DNA of 64,000 nucleotides, from NCBI GenBank assembly GCA_001662655.1, contig KV460238.1. One strand, 5' to 3'. Origin of the DNA: Pseudogymnoascus verrucosus (taxonomy: Eukaryota). Both the position numbers and the translations under genes were made by a program. The notes beneath the pieces are model-generated. The model was given only the letters and a program-made list of their open reading frames with translations, was not told the origin of the DNA and made no database searches. This document shows, piece by piece, positions 51,151 through 64,000 of the stretch; positions within the stretch are counted from its first letter, which is position 1, and each line of letters starts with the position of its first letter.

Positions 51151-51609
51151 TACTACGGCAGTGATTTTAAAGGGGCATCTGCGCTACGCACACACATGAA
51201 GAGAGTAAAGTATGCTCGAAGAAAGCTAAGCGTACACCACGAGACACAGGGAAAATACAGCTCTACTACTCCTGCCTGGACCTTTATCCCAATTCACGAT
51301 TGGTTTCTGAAATAATCCGCCTAGTAGCAAATTTGGTAGGACATCTGAATCTACGGATCAACGTCCAGAAGTCAAGGGACGTCGTCCTTGCTAGCCTAGG
51401 CCAGGAGTCTACATTCATAGATGTACGCTACATATCTGCACCAAATTGGATCCCGGATTGCATACCCCTAAGATGTCTGCTGCTTACCAGCTACTATAGC
51501 TATAAATAGCTGCACCCCCATACATAGATGCTTTGAATATTATCACGGTTGCATTCTCTGTTCAGAGCTTTAACTCACTGGGACAGCCTTTGAATGAATC
51601 TAGTCCAGT

Positions 51610-51986
51610 CCATATTCTGTTTCTTGTTTTTCAGCAGTACAATCGTACTGTCCAATCTTTAGTACAAATGACAAGAAACTGTAGACGGAAGCTGCAGCAG
51701 TAATAGTACAAATGACAAGAAACTATAGACGGAAGCTATAGCAGTAGTAGTACAAATGAACAAGAACCTGTGGACGGAAGCTACAGCAGTAAGTAGTAGT
51801 ACAAATGAACAAGAAACTGGAAATGGAGCCCGAGCTAGAAACGTACTACTACGAGCTGTGCTAGTACAAATGACAAGAAACTGAAAACCAAATGGTACGA
51901 TCTAGAAACGTACTACCCGCCTAAAGAGTGGAACTGCAATTGCACCACTGCGATTGCAGTGCCGGAAAACAAGAAACAGGATATGG
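51610..51986. mobile_element. MITE/foldback-like element with an internal direct-repeat array
   Basis: Imperfect inverted ends CCATATTCTGTTTCTTGTTTTTCAGCA / TGCCGGAAAACAAGAAACAGGATATGG enclose five AGTACAAATG(A)ACAAGAA repeats. No TSD seen. Confidence 0.55.
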
Positions 51987-52771
51987 CAGCACATCCGCCT
52001 AATCACAGTGAATAATTATAGACAATAGTAAATAGTGAACAGAACTAAACACACCGTTCGCCATCATAACTCCTAGCTGCGCTGCCCACCTGACATTGCT
52101 TGTTGCATTCTCCGTTGTAGAATCCAATTAACTCCGATACTACCTGTCCGAGTCTTCTGAATTCGCATGCCGTGTCCTGAATATTTTGATTTGTCCTGCC
52201 GTACTCATTCATATCATTATCGAGGCATTCACACGTGAACAGAGGGGTCTTTCAGCTGTTTTATAAAATACTAATGATCACAATCAAACAGTATAGTCCA
52301 CTACTCGATTCAACTAAGATAATCTACGCAGCCTTGTTCGATCAATTGACAGATCAGGCGTAGAAGAGCATGTTTGCTATCTCTCCTGATCCTCTGAAAT
52401 CATTTTCAAACTCCTTACCAACCTTGAGGACGGTCTCTAAATGAGAATAGCATAGATGTGTTCCATAGCTGCTTGCTATAGCATGTGCTGAACGCACTCC
52501 ATTCTTAATCTGTGCGGCAGTGTTAGCAAAAGAACTCTATCCGATGGTACCTAGGAACACTTGCCTGTCTACCGTTGAGGCTATGCTTGGCTAGGACGTT
52601 TAACTGCTTGTCGGCTTTCGGAGTAATTTCGACTTGATGTCAATATAGACCACTGGTATTTTGGTTTTCTTGACTGTATTCTTCCGTTAGCAGGTACTAT
52701 TTGTGCGGAGGAGATACTAACTAATACGCCTGCGCTCTATGAAAACGTAATGGAAAGCACTCTACATGAGC

Positions 52772-52960
52772 TGGCATCGATGGATTAATACCACTAAACC
52801 ACTGATGCCGGATTGCTGTAGCCCAATTTTTGTATTCCGTTCTATGTTAGCGGGCCTAGCTGCTTTTACTACTGCGTTTTCGATTTTCGCGACTTCGCAA
52901 AAGCAGCTGGCCGTTTCTCGTTCCCCCATTCCCAATTCCTGCAGCATTCCGCTTCTGGTT
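52772..52960 (+). repeat. Dispersed non-coding repeat, copy D (core only)
   Basis: GGCATCGATGGATTAATACCACTAAACCACTGATGCCGGATT through CATTCCGCTTCTGGTT. Confidence 0.85.
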
Positions 52961-53294
52961 CAGAATTACGTGCTAGTTTAAGCTAACATGGCCGGGATGC
53001 CCAAGTGTTGTCATATAAAAGCAGCATTGGCCCTTGAACCACTCGGGCGATTTAGAATTTGGATATCAAGTTTCCATCAATAAAAACCTCGAAGTCGTCT
53101 GATTCAGCGACCATCTCCGGAAGATATGCCCAATTCTCTCGGGTTTGTTTATATTCGTATGTAATAGGTAAATCTTGTATTATAGTATTACTGGTACTAG
53201 TACTACGCATAACAGTGATAAATAAAAAAGAATCCACAGCAGCAATATCACATAACCAAGCCACATGATGGTACCCTGACATATAGAGCCTACG

Positions 53295-55630
53295 CTATTC
53301 AGTACCGGGGACAAAACCTGCTGCTATGCAGAAAGAGGCAGAAGCTTTCACCTCATTCTTGTTAATGGGCGAGCGTGCCTCGAATCTCAGGGACCGTCCT
53401 TCGATTATAAGCCACAGGTCATACTGGACTTCGTAAAACGAATGCAATTTTCCTTCTGCATTTCGCACTGTGGTTGGCTTGATTCGACCTGTTGTCTTAA
53501 GGAAAGTAAGATTGACGAGAATTCTGCCGGCCTCTTCGGCACCTTGTGGCAGGATCGGGTTAGTGTTTGTCCATTAATGGGAGTTTCACCAAAATGCTAC
53601 TTACCTTTGTTCTCTTTATGACCGTACTTATATCCGGACTTATGGGCTCCTGAAGAAACATAAAGAATTTCTTCACATAAGAAATCCTCGTGCATTTGAA
53701 ATATGTGCCTAGATTTAAATGATTTTTCATATTTGGTTCCCACAGGAGTGTCCTGATCACTGGATGTTAGACCAAGAGAAACACTTCCCACCATTAGAAT
53801 ATGGCTACTTACCTTACTGAGAACCCACTGAATGGTGTTCATGATGTATAATTCCCCGTCAGCCCGATCGCGAGAAACCCAGAGTTTCCTATGCTGCGGG
53901 TTATTTTCATCGTATAGTAACGTCCGGAGGACTCCGTAGCTCGATCTAGTAATCCTAGCAGGTCCGAATTCCTTCCTCAACGCGCGTAGAACGGCTCCGC
54001 GGGCGACGGCTGACTGGACGTAGCGCGATGGCTCGAAATCAATCTCCTGATTCAGTAGGTTTCGCTGTTTTCTCAAGATTTTCTTGAGATGATTCCTCAG
54101 CGATGGCGATTCCCCGAAGCCCCCGGTTAAGATGACCGTTTGGACGTTGACTCCGTTCGTTTTAGCTTGGTTAAGTTGTTCTAGCATCAAATCTTTTGTG
54201 CCATCGAGGCAGTCTTTGAAGACCTTATACATCTCCTTCCAGCTGAGATCTAGTTTATTCCTCCTAATCCTGAGTTCCCTATCTTGTTCTGCTTGAAGGC
54301 CCGGAATATGGATAGCGTCAATATGGGCTTTCTTGTCTAGTATATTAATGCTTCTCTTCTCATTTTCGAACCTCTGGACCTCGGCGGCGATAATTCTCTC
54401 TAGAGACATGTCATTTCCAATGATATTAGCATGTTCAAGCCGTTCCTCTAATAGCTTCTTGTAGTTTTTATTCAGAAAGCTTGATCCACATGAGACCCCC
54501 TTTGGGTTAACTACTTCTTGCATCCGGGTTGGAGTCGAGCGAATTAGTGTGTAGGTGATTGCATCAACTGTGCCGCCCCCACAGTCCAAGAGCAAGAATG
54601 ACTCGTTGGTTATTATATTGGATAGGGACTCGCAATCTTCCAGAGCAAATGTTGCCGCGGCCTCTGATTCGGCAACGATGAATAAGTCCCTTATCATACC
54701 CTGCTCGAGTTTTGCAAGCTGGGATGTCTTGATGGCTGTAGTCAAAGCACTTTGCATAATACGGCAAGCCTTGTCCGTCCAGGAGGTTGGCACGCATAAG
54801 ACGAATTCCACCTGGCTATCCTGTTGAAGGCCATGAAATGTGCCTAGTCTTTTTTTGGTATGTTTGAACAGCTGTCCAAGATATTCAGCAATGATGTCTT
54901 CTGCCTTCGCGTTCTTCAATCTTCTTAGTTCCTGGGCGCTTTTCTTGCGGAGGTCTTTTGTACTTGTCGCATCGTCTAATTGCAGCTTGAAGTTTGTCAA
55001 GTGTCTTAGCTCCAGGGGTATGTTTTCAGGTTTGACTAGTCGAGAATGAACACCCCATCCCCAGATCGAGTTTTTGGCTTCGTATTTAGCGGCTCTAGCA
55101 GATACCACGTCTCTTTCACCATCCTGATTAGAATCTCCATCTACTGAAGACGCCCAGTCATCATCATAAGAGCATTGCGATTCGTTATCCGATGAGTCTA
55201 AATTGGATGGGTCTTCAGGCCAGACTTGGTCTTTCTGTGCATAGCACATAAGCTCCGTGGGAACAGACTGATGGCTTGTAAGAACATCCGCAGATATACC
55301 CGATGGCATGTCGGGAAAGTTATCGATACACCGAACAGATTCGGCTTCAATCGTCTTAATGTCCCTGTGAAGATCTAGGCGTACAAACGCCACGGACGAG
55401 AATGTAGTCCCAAAATCGACAGCGATAATAAATTTTGAAGGCCACGTCTCTTTGAAACCCTTCTCGATGCTTTGATGGGGTTCAAGTTGGCAGCCCTGGG
55501 CCATCACATCATCCCCGTAAGGCCGGTCTACCCCGACGAGGGGTGGTGCGATATCAGGCATTTCAACGTCCTCAGATTGTTCTTCTGAAGGCACCCTCTC
55601 GAATTCAGCTTCAGCGTACTCGTCGGCCAT
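53295..55630 (-). CDS. Atypical Hsp70 (HSPA12-like actin-fold ATPase); exons 55630-53813, 53752-53605, 53542-53295
   Basis: IAVDFGTTFS, AESEAAA, LLDCGGGTVD, ILTGGFGESP, SAVARGAV. Divergent C-terminus ending IAAGFVPGTE, with no EEVD. Confidence 0.88.
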
Positions 55631-56201
55631 GATAAAGATTCTACACCTTAGAGTGCCTGATTTACAGAGAGGAGATTTTACGCAAACGGCGTATACTACT
55701 CGGATGCTTCGTCTACATAGTGCTGCCTGATCGACGCCTTGCTCCGCTCGCTGTTATTCTGTGACTATCTGCGTCAAGGCTGAGTGCATGCTTTTAAGCA
55801 GGCTGAGACAAATCCGGGAACTGAGCCGGACTTCCGCAACGGCTGCCTACAGTTCAAGCCAATCAAATTATGAGATCGACAAGGGGTCTACAACATAAGG
55901 CACTGATTGATTTCAAATAGACCCATGTCAACTTTGATATGGCTGTGGTTTACTGTTTTGTGTAGCAGGGGTGGTTTGGGGGCTGTTGGTTCAGGGTAGC
56001 TGGCTCGTGCCTTACAAAGCTGCGCCACACCATTTCTCGCAGCTGGCATGTCCGTCCAACACCACAGTCAATTCAGGCTACTCCTGGGACAGCTCGCTGC
56101 TCCGCCAGTCTGAGTAAAGGAGATTGCGACAAGAGGTTGGTGGTGTCGCCATATCATTGAGTAAATTGCTAAATCTTGTCAGTTGACATGACACTATCTT
56201 T

Positions 56202-58311
56202 ATGGCATTCAAAGCAATGAACCAACAACGAAGCCGCAAGCAACGAGTAGACCTTCAGGGGCCTCGAGTTGATAGCTTTCTCTATGATGAATCCGGTTTC
56301 CAGATTCTAGCCTACTTAGAGCGCTCTATCATGTACAGCATGCCGCTGGCATTTTTTGCACCAGACGTTATTTTCTACTACAGCGAGCATCTTCAACGAG
56401 CTATTTCCGTGGCTGAGATCGACAGCAAGCTACATCTTTTCTGGTCCCATTGGCACTCCGTGGATGACACGCCGTCGGAATGGAGAAAAATCTACCAATT
56501 AGGACTTAAAGGCCTGCCAAAACTCGACGAAGAATGGAAGGAATGGGTAAGGGCAAGAGCAATTGTGTTAAAAGATGCTGCTGAAGGGGCTCCACGGCGG
56601 TTGAGAAGTGCCTCAGCGCTTCCGCGGAGCCTCCTTAATCAAGGCAAACACCCATCAAAGAGCCCGGCCGGGGATCGTAGTGACAGTCCAGTCCAAAATA
56701 CTGGGAATTATATTGGATCTCCAACACAACGAAAAAGAATGAGGATTTATACTACATCGGTGAGTCACGGAATATATTTTTGATGACCGACTTCCTGACA
56801 CGTCAACTTCATACAGAATTCTCGAAAAACCCCGAATTCTCCGACCTCTGAACGATCATTGTCAAAACGAAAGCTCCAAGCGTACGCCCAGCAGCATAAC
56901 GATGATGTCACCGAGATAAAAAGCGAACTGGTATCAAGTAACCGCTCGTCCCCATCAGTACAACTCCGCAGCAACATTAAACAGAGCCGCCTCTCTCAGA
57001 TGATGTCAGAACTAGACGACTTGAGAGACGAAAGAGCTCGAGCTGTGTTGATATTAGATACGACGAGGGACGAGAACGCCCAGTTGATGGTAGAGCTAAA
57101 CAACTTGAGAGACCAAACAGCCCAGTTGAAGAAAGAGTTGGATGACTTGAAAGATGAAAAAGCAGAGGATACTCGATATTGGGAAAGGAAGTATCAGAAG
57201 ACCAAACAGCGACGAAATACTCTCAAACGGCGAAATAAGAACATGCAAGCAGAACATAGCATAGGTCAGAACGAGGCAAGCGAGACGAACTTAAAGCTTC
57301 GCGCCGAGAACGACAGCCTCCAGGAATCGCTAGACAGCTACAAGGCCACATCCCGGTTTGCTGGGGAGGGATTTGTCCACGATTTTCGGGAAAAGAATTT
57401 GCGAAAAGTTATTGAGCATATAGATTTGCTCTTACTGAAGCTCAATAAAGTCTTACAAGGACAAGACGGTTTATTTTTTGCTGAGAAACTGTCCGACGTT
57501 AACGGTATTGACATTATAGCACTGTTCAAAAGGGGGTTTGGCTTAGACCTTAGTGCCAACAACTCTAGCGGAGGCACTATTACTCTTATTGAGATTTGCG
57601 CGACTAAGTTACGGTCAGTTGTTCTATGCTTAGTTTCCGCAGCGCTCTGTACTTGGGTGTTTGAGGCTGAAGTTGGAGCACTTTTCCAAGAGAGTGGCCT
57701 TGTTTACTCAAAACTCAAAAGTCTTCTTGCTGCACAAGGTTAGTTAACACTGCTGCACGTTTAAGAAACCTAGCTAACGTAGTAATCCTGTAGACAGGAA
57801 ACTCACAAACTGCTTTGAATTTGCTGCTCATGAAAGGTGCATTAGCGACCCATATTTTCACGACATAATAATCCCGAGAAGAGCGAGGCAGCTTGCTCGG
57901 AGGATTATAGGGTGCGCAATGCCTCTGATAGAATTGCATAGAGACCTAAACGAAGACTGTGCAGCCATTGCAGATGAATGGATTGAAGCCGACCAGCAGC
58001 TAACTGAAATATTTAAACAGGCACTGTACGCAAAAGTTAGGCTCTTACTAAGCACTGATATATATGAGTGTGCCCTTCATGTGCCTGGGACACCCTTTGA
58101 TAGGAACCGTATGATGAGCAAAATTGAGGGGGCTGTTCGTGACACCAAAATCGAGAAGGACAGAGTGGTGGATATCACGATATTTCCGGGCCTTATCCGG
58201 TATACTTCTAAAGACGAAGGATTCAATTATAACCGTTTTCTGGTTAACAAGTCAGCTCCTGAAGGAGCTAGAGCTAAGGTTCTGATAAGGGCGGAAGTTT
58301 TGACAAAATAG
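56202..58311 (+). CDS. Hypothetical coiled-coil protein, divergent from the Hsp70-like gene; exons 56202-56759, 56817-57738, 57794-58311
   Basis: Two canonical introns join three ORFs in frame. Long heptad-rich segment (LDDLRDERAR...LQESLDSY); C-terminal ITIFPGLIRY...AEVL. Confidence 0.78.
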
Positions 58312-58640
58312 AATGAATTTTGAAGAAAGACGCAGAAACTTAATTACACTTGTAAATCATAACAGCCTTGTAGCCTTGTCTCATGCACCAACTAGGTTTA
58401 CCGGACCGAATAGGCTAAACAACGGGTTAAACAGGAGGCTATGCGAGAGGCTAGGGAAATAGCTGCGGTGTACTTTGAGAAAGAACCTTTAGTCATGGTG
58501 GCTATGCTCTCGCATGCGCATCCATGGTTTGCGAGGGCCTTATAAACCCCAGAGAATTTCACACGTCTATTCTAATAATTTGTTCAACATCCTCTGAGCC
58601 GTGCTATCGCCCGCTGTTTTTAGCATCCCAGTCAGCCATC

Positions 58641-61120
58641 ATGAATCCACCTGAGGATAGTTCCAAGGTAACAACGGAGGATTACATAGGTTTCATGAAA
58701 GAATATGGCATCGAGTTTGAGGGACGAATCCTTCCAGAAAAATGGGGAGAGTATACTGCAATGTTTGAGGATATACGTCGCATCGGCGAGCTTGGGCCGA
58801 AGGAGTTCATTGAAATGTTCCACCCGGACGATAAATACCTAGATGAAAAAAGGATAAAGGCTTCTGAGCTGGTGAATGAGGCATGGAATTGCCTTAAAAA
58901 TATGGACAGCGAGTATGGGTGGAGGAAAGAAGTCGAATTCACGGCCTTTGAACGTTTTGACTCTGAAGTCGTTTGGTAAGAGTTAGATTTGGCAGTATGA
59001 ATACCCATGGCTAATTCCAATAGTCATGTCTGTTTATACCGCCGTTGGAAGCCAAAGTTTGAGGCGAAGCCGATTGACAGAGTTGAAGCTGAGCGGCTTC
59101 AGAAAAGGCGTGGAAGAAGACATCTGTGTACTTGCACCCTGCTTCAGCGAGCGGGACCTAATGTGTAAGTTTCAAGAATGATCTGGAAGTGGGAAAATTG
59201 TAGCTGCTAATATTTAGATTCTAGGGATAGCCAATACTCTCGAATGTTTGCCAGAGAGATAGATAAACATATGGATCATGAGGATTTACCAGAACACTTG
59301 AAGAAACGGCTAAGACGCCGACCAGATAGGGTAATTGGCCTCGGAGCAACTCACACCCTACGTCACTACCTCCCAAATTTACGAACTAAGTATTGCCCAT
59401 TCAGAAGTGCTAATGTTATCTATCCATTTATCGTGATCGAGGCGAAGACGGCGGAGAGCAAGGACGCAAGTTTTGGAAGCATTTTACGCCAGACAGCTTT
59501 CGTCACTCGCACATGTCTACGATTGCAGCAAAACCTTCAAGAAGATACCGGTATCCCACATCAGTGCATAGTCTGGTCGTTTGCTATCATAGGAGAAGAG
59601 TGGCGTTTATATGCTGCTGTGCCTGATGGATCAAAAGTAGTCAGTTTATGAAAGACTTGCCTCTGTTCATCTACTTAATACTTACTGTGGAGTAGCAAAT
59701 ATTTGATATTTGGCATGGATCAGTCTTGTTTCCGGAGGGGTCTCTTCAACTACTGCTAATTATCGACTACCTCTGTGACTGGGCAAGCGACATATATCGC
59801 ATGAGCATTATTAAATGTATAACTGGCGGTGGACCAAACACTCTCAATTCTAGACTGAGTCCAAGTGGTACCGACATATCCTCGCTAGCTGGAGACTCAG
59901 AACTTATAGCACTTCGAGCAATGTCGCTTCCTTCGAGATCATCCTTGGCGCCAGAGCTCTCAAATGGCGACATGGATGGGTTGGCTAGTAGTAGCTCTTC
60001 CGAGTTTCCAGAAGTCGAGCTTCTAGTTCAAGTTAACTCTTCAGCGTTGCTAAATAGACCGGATACCTATTCATGGCAGCGCTGGGCTACTGCCGAACAA
60101 AATCAATGGCCCTGGGTTCAAAAAGCAACTATTAGGCATTCAAGTCGAGTGGAGCTTCGGTCCTTACAAGTAACAATGCCAGAAGAGATCCATCTGCTTC
60201 GTGCTTGCTTAGAATCGTGGTTTCCTGGACTTTCAGTGAAGGATGCGGCGAAAAAGGTTCTGATTTCCTTACAGGATGATAACTTAGCGGTTACGACATC
60301 AGTAAACGCTACTTACTGGCAAAACGATCAATCAAAAGAGTCAATTCTAGAAGTCCGCGCTTTGGTGTACTTCAGGTCGAGGCTAAGCTCTGAAGAGTGG
60401 CACATTAAACGGCAGGTACTATCTATACTGTGCAGCGAGAAAGCAATAGAGGCCATAAGTCATATTGCGAACCTAAGTTTCTCTATTCGCAGGAGCTTCA
60501 ACGGCAGAGATAGGTCCCAGTGCGAGCAATTTCTTCGGGCAATCAATTCTTTGAATCTCGTCGGTGGAACCCGGTCCGCAAGTCTAGCTCTAGGGAAGAG
60601 TCAATTATCCCTACAGGTTGTTACCGACAGTGCTGGATCTCCCATTTTTGAATGGAGTAAATTCACTCCCCAGAGGGACGATGGAGTCACAGGAGACGAA
60701 TTCTGTGGAATACTGTCGCGTACTCTGAACGAGCCACAAAAATATGTACCGGACCTGTTAACACCATACGTCAAAAACAAATCGTTCATGTATACTATTC
60801 CAATAGACAGTGATTGCCGAGGATCACCTGTCACAGCTTTCGAACTACTACCCTTTCGAACCAAAGGGATCTTAGTCAAGAACTCGAAAACTACTTCTGT
60901 TAAAAGTATTCGGAATTTTTGCTTCTTAATTACTGACGAGAACGTCCAGTTTGACGATGAGGCTAGGCTTGGACAGCTACTAGAAGAAACTTACAAAGCG
61001 GGAGAACTGTTTGCGATGGTTAAAGCAAATGAAACATATGACCAGGCTGACCGTACGTTTATCCGGAAGTGGATTCGGATTTTAAAGGGCCAGTTGCCAC
61101 AAGATACACTCGTGGAGTAA
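58641..61120 (+). CDS. PD-(D/E)XK nuclease-like protein; exons 58641-58975, 59024-59164, 59225-59639, 59696-61120
   Basis: Introns give one continuous frame. CHVC...CTC cluster, RRPDRVIGL...YPFIVIEAKT...LRQTA, GEEWRLY, DIWHGS...LQLLLIIDYLCDWA. Confidence 0.72.
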
Positions 61121-62705
61121 GTTGACTGTCTGTAAAGATTTGCTGTACTAGATTAGCTAGGGAAGAATAATTCAGCAGCTTAGATGCCTTATTGTTTACC
61201 TTTTGTTATTGAATTAGTGGCACGATGCTACCACCTTTTTACGACTCCTTCTTAGTGGCTCTTCCGCAAATAACAATTTTCTTTTGAGGAGAGATTGCCT
61301 AGAAAGGAAAGGCTTCTATTATCTAGAGCATTATAATTAAGCGTGCTTGCATGCTCGTTCGCCCACCCGCCGGCACCCACGAAGTAGTATATAACCTATC
61401 GTTGAATGTTTTGTGCCGCCACCTCTTTCAATAGATTCTTGCGCCCACAGTGCTTATTATACCCTAGCACATCAGAGACAGTCACATATCACTATAGACT
61501 CAAGATAATGGGCATTCTATCCGCTCTGGCCATCTTTCCCGGAGGCCGAAGCTGAAGAGTTAAAGGTGGAAGTGATGGAAAGGGTGCCCGGCACGGGGCA
61601 CCCAGACAGAGGCACCCAGACAGGCTGAGTAGTAATGCAGATCTGGTGCCGCTGCTCGGGAAATACTGCCGGTGGAAGAGACCGAAGAGTACTCTATTCG
61701 TAATACCGTAGGTCTACGTATATTTAGCGACTATTGACTAGAGCTCTAATTGTCGGGGGGGGTGTTCAGTCCCCTTTATCCAGGGCCAAGAGTGCCCGCC
61801 ATTTGGTGAGCCCTACTCCGGTGGTCCCTCAGTGTGGGTGGTTCATGTGCCTGCACGTAAAGACCTTCCTTGTAAGCTACTGTTGGAGATTTGCACGTAT
61901 CGTACAGTAGACTACGCCAATCTGTATGGTGTAGTACAGTACCCGAAATGATAATCCCCAAGTAACGCGGAAGCTGGGCACAGTACAGCACAGTATACAG
62001 TAATACAGTAATACAGTAAACGATTCAATTGCTTTTCCTATTTTAATGATTCTATGCAGTATTTATAGGCCTGTAAGAGCCTGCCGTACGCCCTAGAACT
62101 CCTAGGTAATCCACTGTTTCCAGTGCAGAGTTTACACCTGCCCCGGTAACGACCATAGGAGAGATGCTTCCTACGGTGAGTACCATGGGAACACCGAAAC
62201 CACAGCGGGGATAACCAGGCTTTCAGGGCCAAAAACTCGGAGTTTCCCGATCTCCGACCGGTTTTCCCAACAGATACTGCTGGGGGATACAGCGGTTAAG
62301 TAGAAGGAGGTACTTAGCTACTCGTACTTTTGCAAATTTACTTGTTGATGGACAAGAAGCAATCCGCCGCTCTCCTGCTTCTAAGTGAATAGAATTAACA
62401 GTCGGACACTCACCTGCGATAATGAGGGGTGGGGGAGGGGGCCAGAAGCAATGGAATCCTAGGCGAAAGGGGACTTCTTGCTCCACGATAGACCCTTATC
62501 AACGAGCACACAGCCTCGGTGTGAGCCATTGCAGATATCCGTAATCCGTAATCCAGAATGTCAGCTTCAGCCCTAGTACTTTATAGGTGCCCTCGTCCCA
62601 TCCATTACTATCGACCAACAGCCGCTTTATATTTCCGGAACTTTGTCTGACACGAACTTGTCTTGTCCGGTCCTCCCGCTCTTTGCAAGATCAGCCTCTT
62701 TCATC

Positions 62706-64000
62706 ATGATAAGACTCTGGCTATGGGTCTTCGTACCCGTGCTCCTGGCCGTATGCCATGTGCTATACAATCTTCTCCTCCATCCGTTGCGGAAGTTCCC
62801 AGGGCCCGTGTTGGCTGGTGCAACTTCATATTGGAAAGCATGGAAGGAGGTAGTGTTGCAACAAACCATGGCGCAGGAGCTCTTCAAGCTTCACGACAAA
62901 TATGGTAAGATGTCTTGTCCAGCGAGGTATATGGTTGATCAATCTTTATCTGACACGTCACGCAGGTGAAATCGTCCGCATAGGCCCTAACGAGGTAAGT
63001 TTTTCTCTGGCAGCCAGCCACCATTCTGAACCTCCCGAGTTCGGTTGCTAATAACACATATAGCTCCATTTTGGAAAGCCATCGGCATTCCACGACATTT
63101 ACCATGGGAACAAGAGATGGGACAAGGACCCCGGCCTCTACAGCACACCTGGTTTCAAGTCGGGATCGTTCGTCTTCTTGAAGTATGCCCAGGCAAAGGA
63201 ACGAAGAGACGTGCTCATGCCCATGTTTTCCAAGAAGGCCATGCTGAACATCGAGACTCTCGTCTGGCGAAATGTCAGTTGTCAACTCTAACTTGCAGGT
63301 ATCGTACTCATGGAATCGAAACAGGCAACTCACCTCGCATCTTCCATCGCCAAGATGGATGCAGCAAAAAGCTCTATTGACTTGCTTTACGCATTCCGCT
63401 CCTTCACCCTCGACACCATCATGTGCTTCACCTTTGGCAATTGTATCGACGCTCTCGACGCACCAGCATTTGCGGATCCTCTGATTCTCGCCATGGACGC
63501 CAGTCTACGCACCCTCCCTATTCTGAACAACTTCCCCTGGGTCCGGAACATGATCTACGCCATCCCTCCCTGGCTGGTGATGAAGATTATACCCAACTCT
63601 GCCAAGCTAGCCCCACGGCTCTACCAGGTCCGCGACATCATCCAAAAGCAACTTCACACCGTCCTCCAAAGCCTCGAGAAGCTGGACGAAGCCCCTCACC
63701 AGACCATCTTCCACCGCATGCTGGACGCCCAAGCCCACAAGAGCAAAAGCGTCCCCAACCTCACCGAGCTCCACGACGAAGGCTTCACTTTGATTTTTGC
63801 CGGCGCAAACACAGTCGCCGATACCATGGTCATGGGCCACTACCATCTGCTGCAGAATGCTCAGCTCCTCGTGCAGCTGAGACTCGAATTACTCACCGTC
63901 TGGCCAAACCTGCACAACCCGCCTACCCTGAGAGACCTCGAGGCTCTGCCACTCCTCACTGCGACAATCAAAGAGTCCCTCCGCTTCATCCCATCCGGCG
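62706..64000 (+). CDS. Cytochrome P450 (trichodiene-oxygenase-like group), runs off the window; exons 62706-62904, 62966-62994, 63064-63273, 63325-end
   Basis: TM anchor + LHPLRKFPGP, LHDKYGEIVRIGPNELHF, I-helix IFAGANTVA, LTATIKESLR. Confidence 0.9.

Noticed and set aside
51661..51920. CRISPR-like repeat/spacer array
   Set aside because: Eukaryotic context, no cas genes, and spacers are related to each other and uneven in length; better explained as a minisatellite within a foldback element.

Overview
Filamentous ascomycete DNA: short GT-AG introns with CTAAC/CTGAC branch points and RIP-like decay of repeats. A Leotiomycete such as Pseudogymnoascus is only an impression. The window has two compartments. 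About 1-29 kb is GC-rich core sequence: CAP20/perilipin-like, JAC1, a secreted lysozyme-like protein, a DET1-like histidine phosphatase with an unexpected RRM, PRKRIP1, CCT3, a pseudokinase, a GH72 glucanosyltransferase, a Cys-rich single-pass membrane protein, an alpha/beta hydrolase, PRP4 and cytidine deaminase. About 29-64 kb is a less GC-rich accessory region. It holds a copia fragment, a TIR-bounded Ginger2-type integrase transposon, a Fot1/pogo fragment, two P450s, an apparently intact HeLo-like/NACHT/ankyrin NLR and a decayed SesB/NB-ARC/TPR NLR. It also holds four co-oriented copies of a structured non-coding repeat lying between these cassettes, and an intact three-gene block of atypical Hsp70, coiled-coil protein and PD-(D/E)XK nuclease-like protein. 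That block and the repeat/NLR array are the best candidates for an undescribed system. Exon boundaries were read by eye and no database searches were run.
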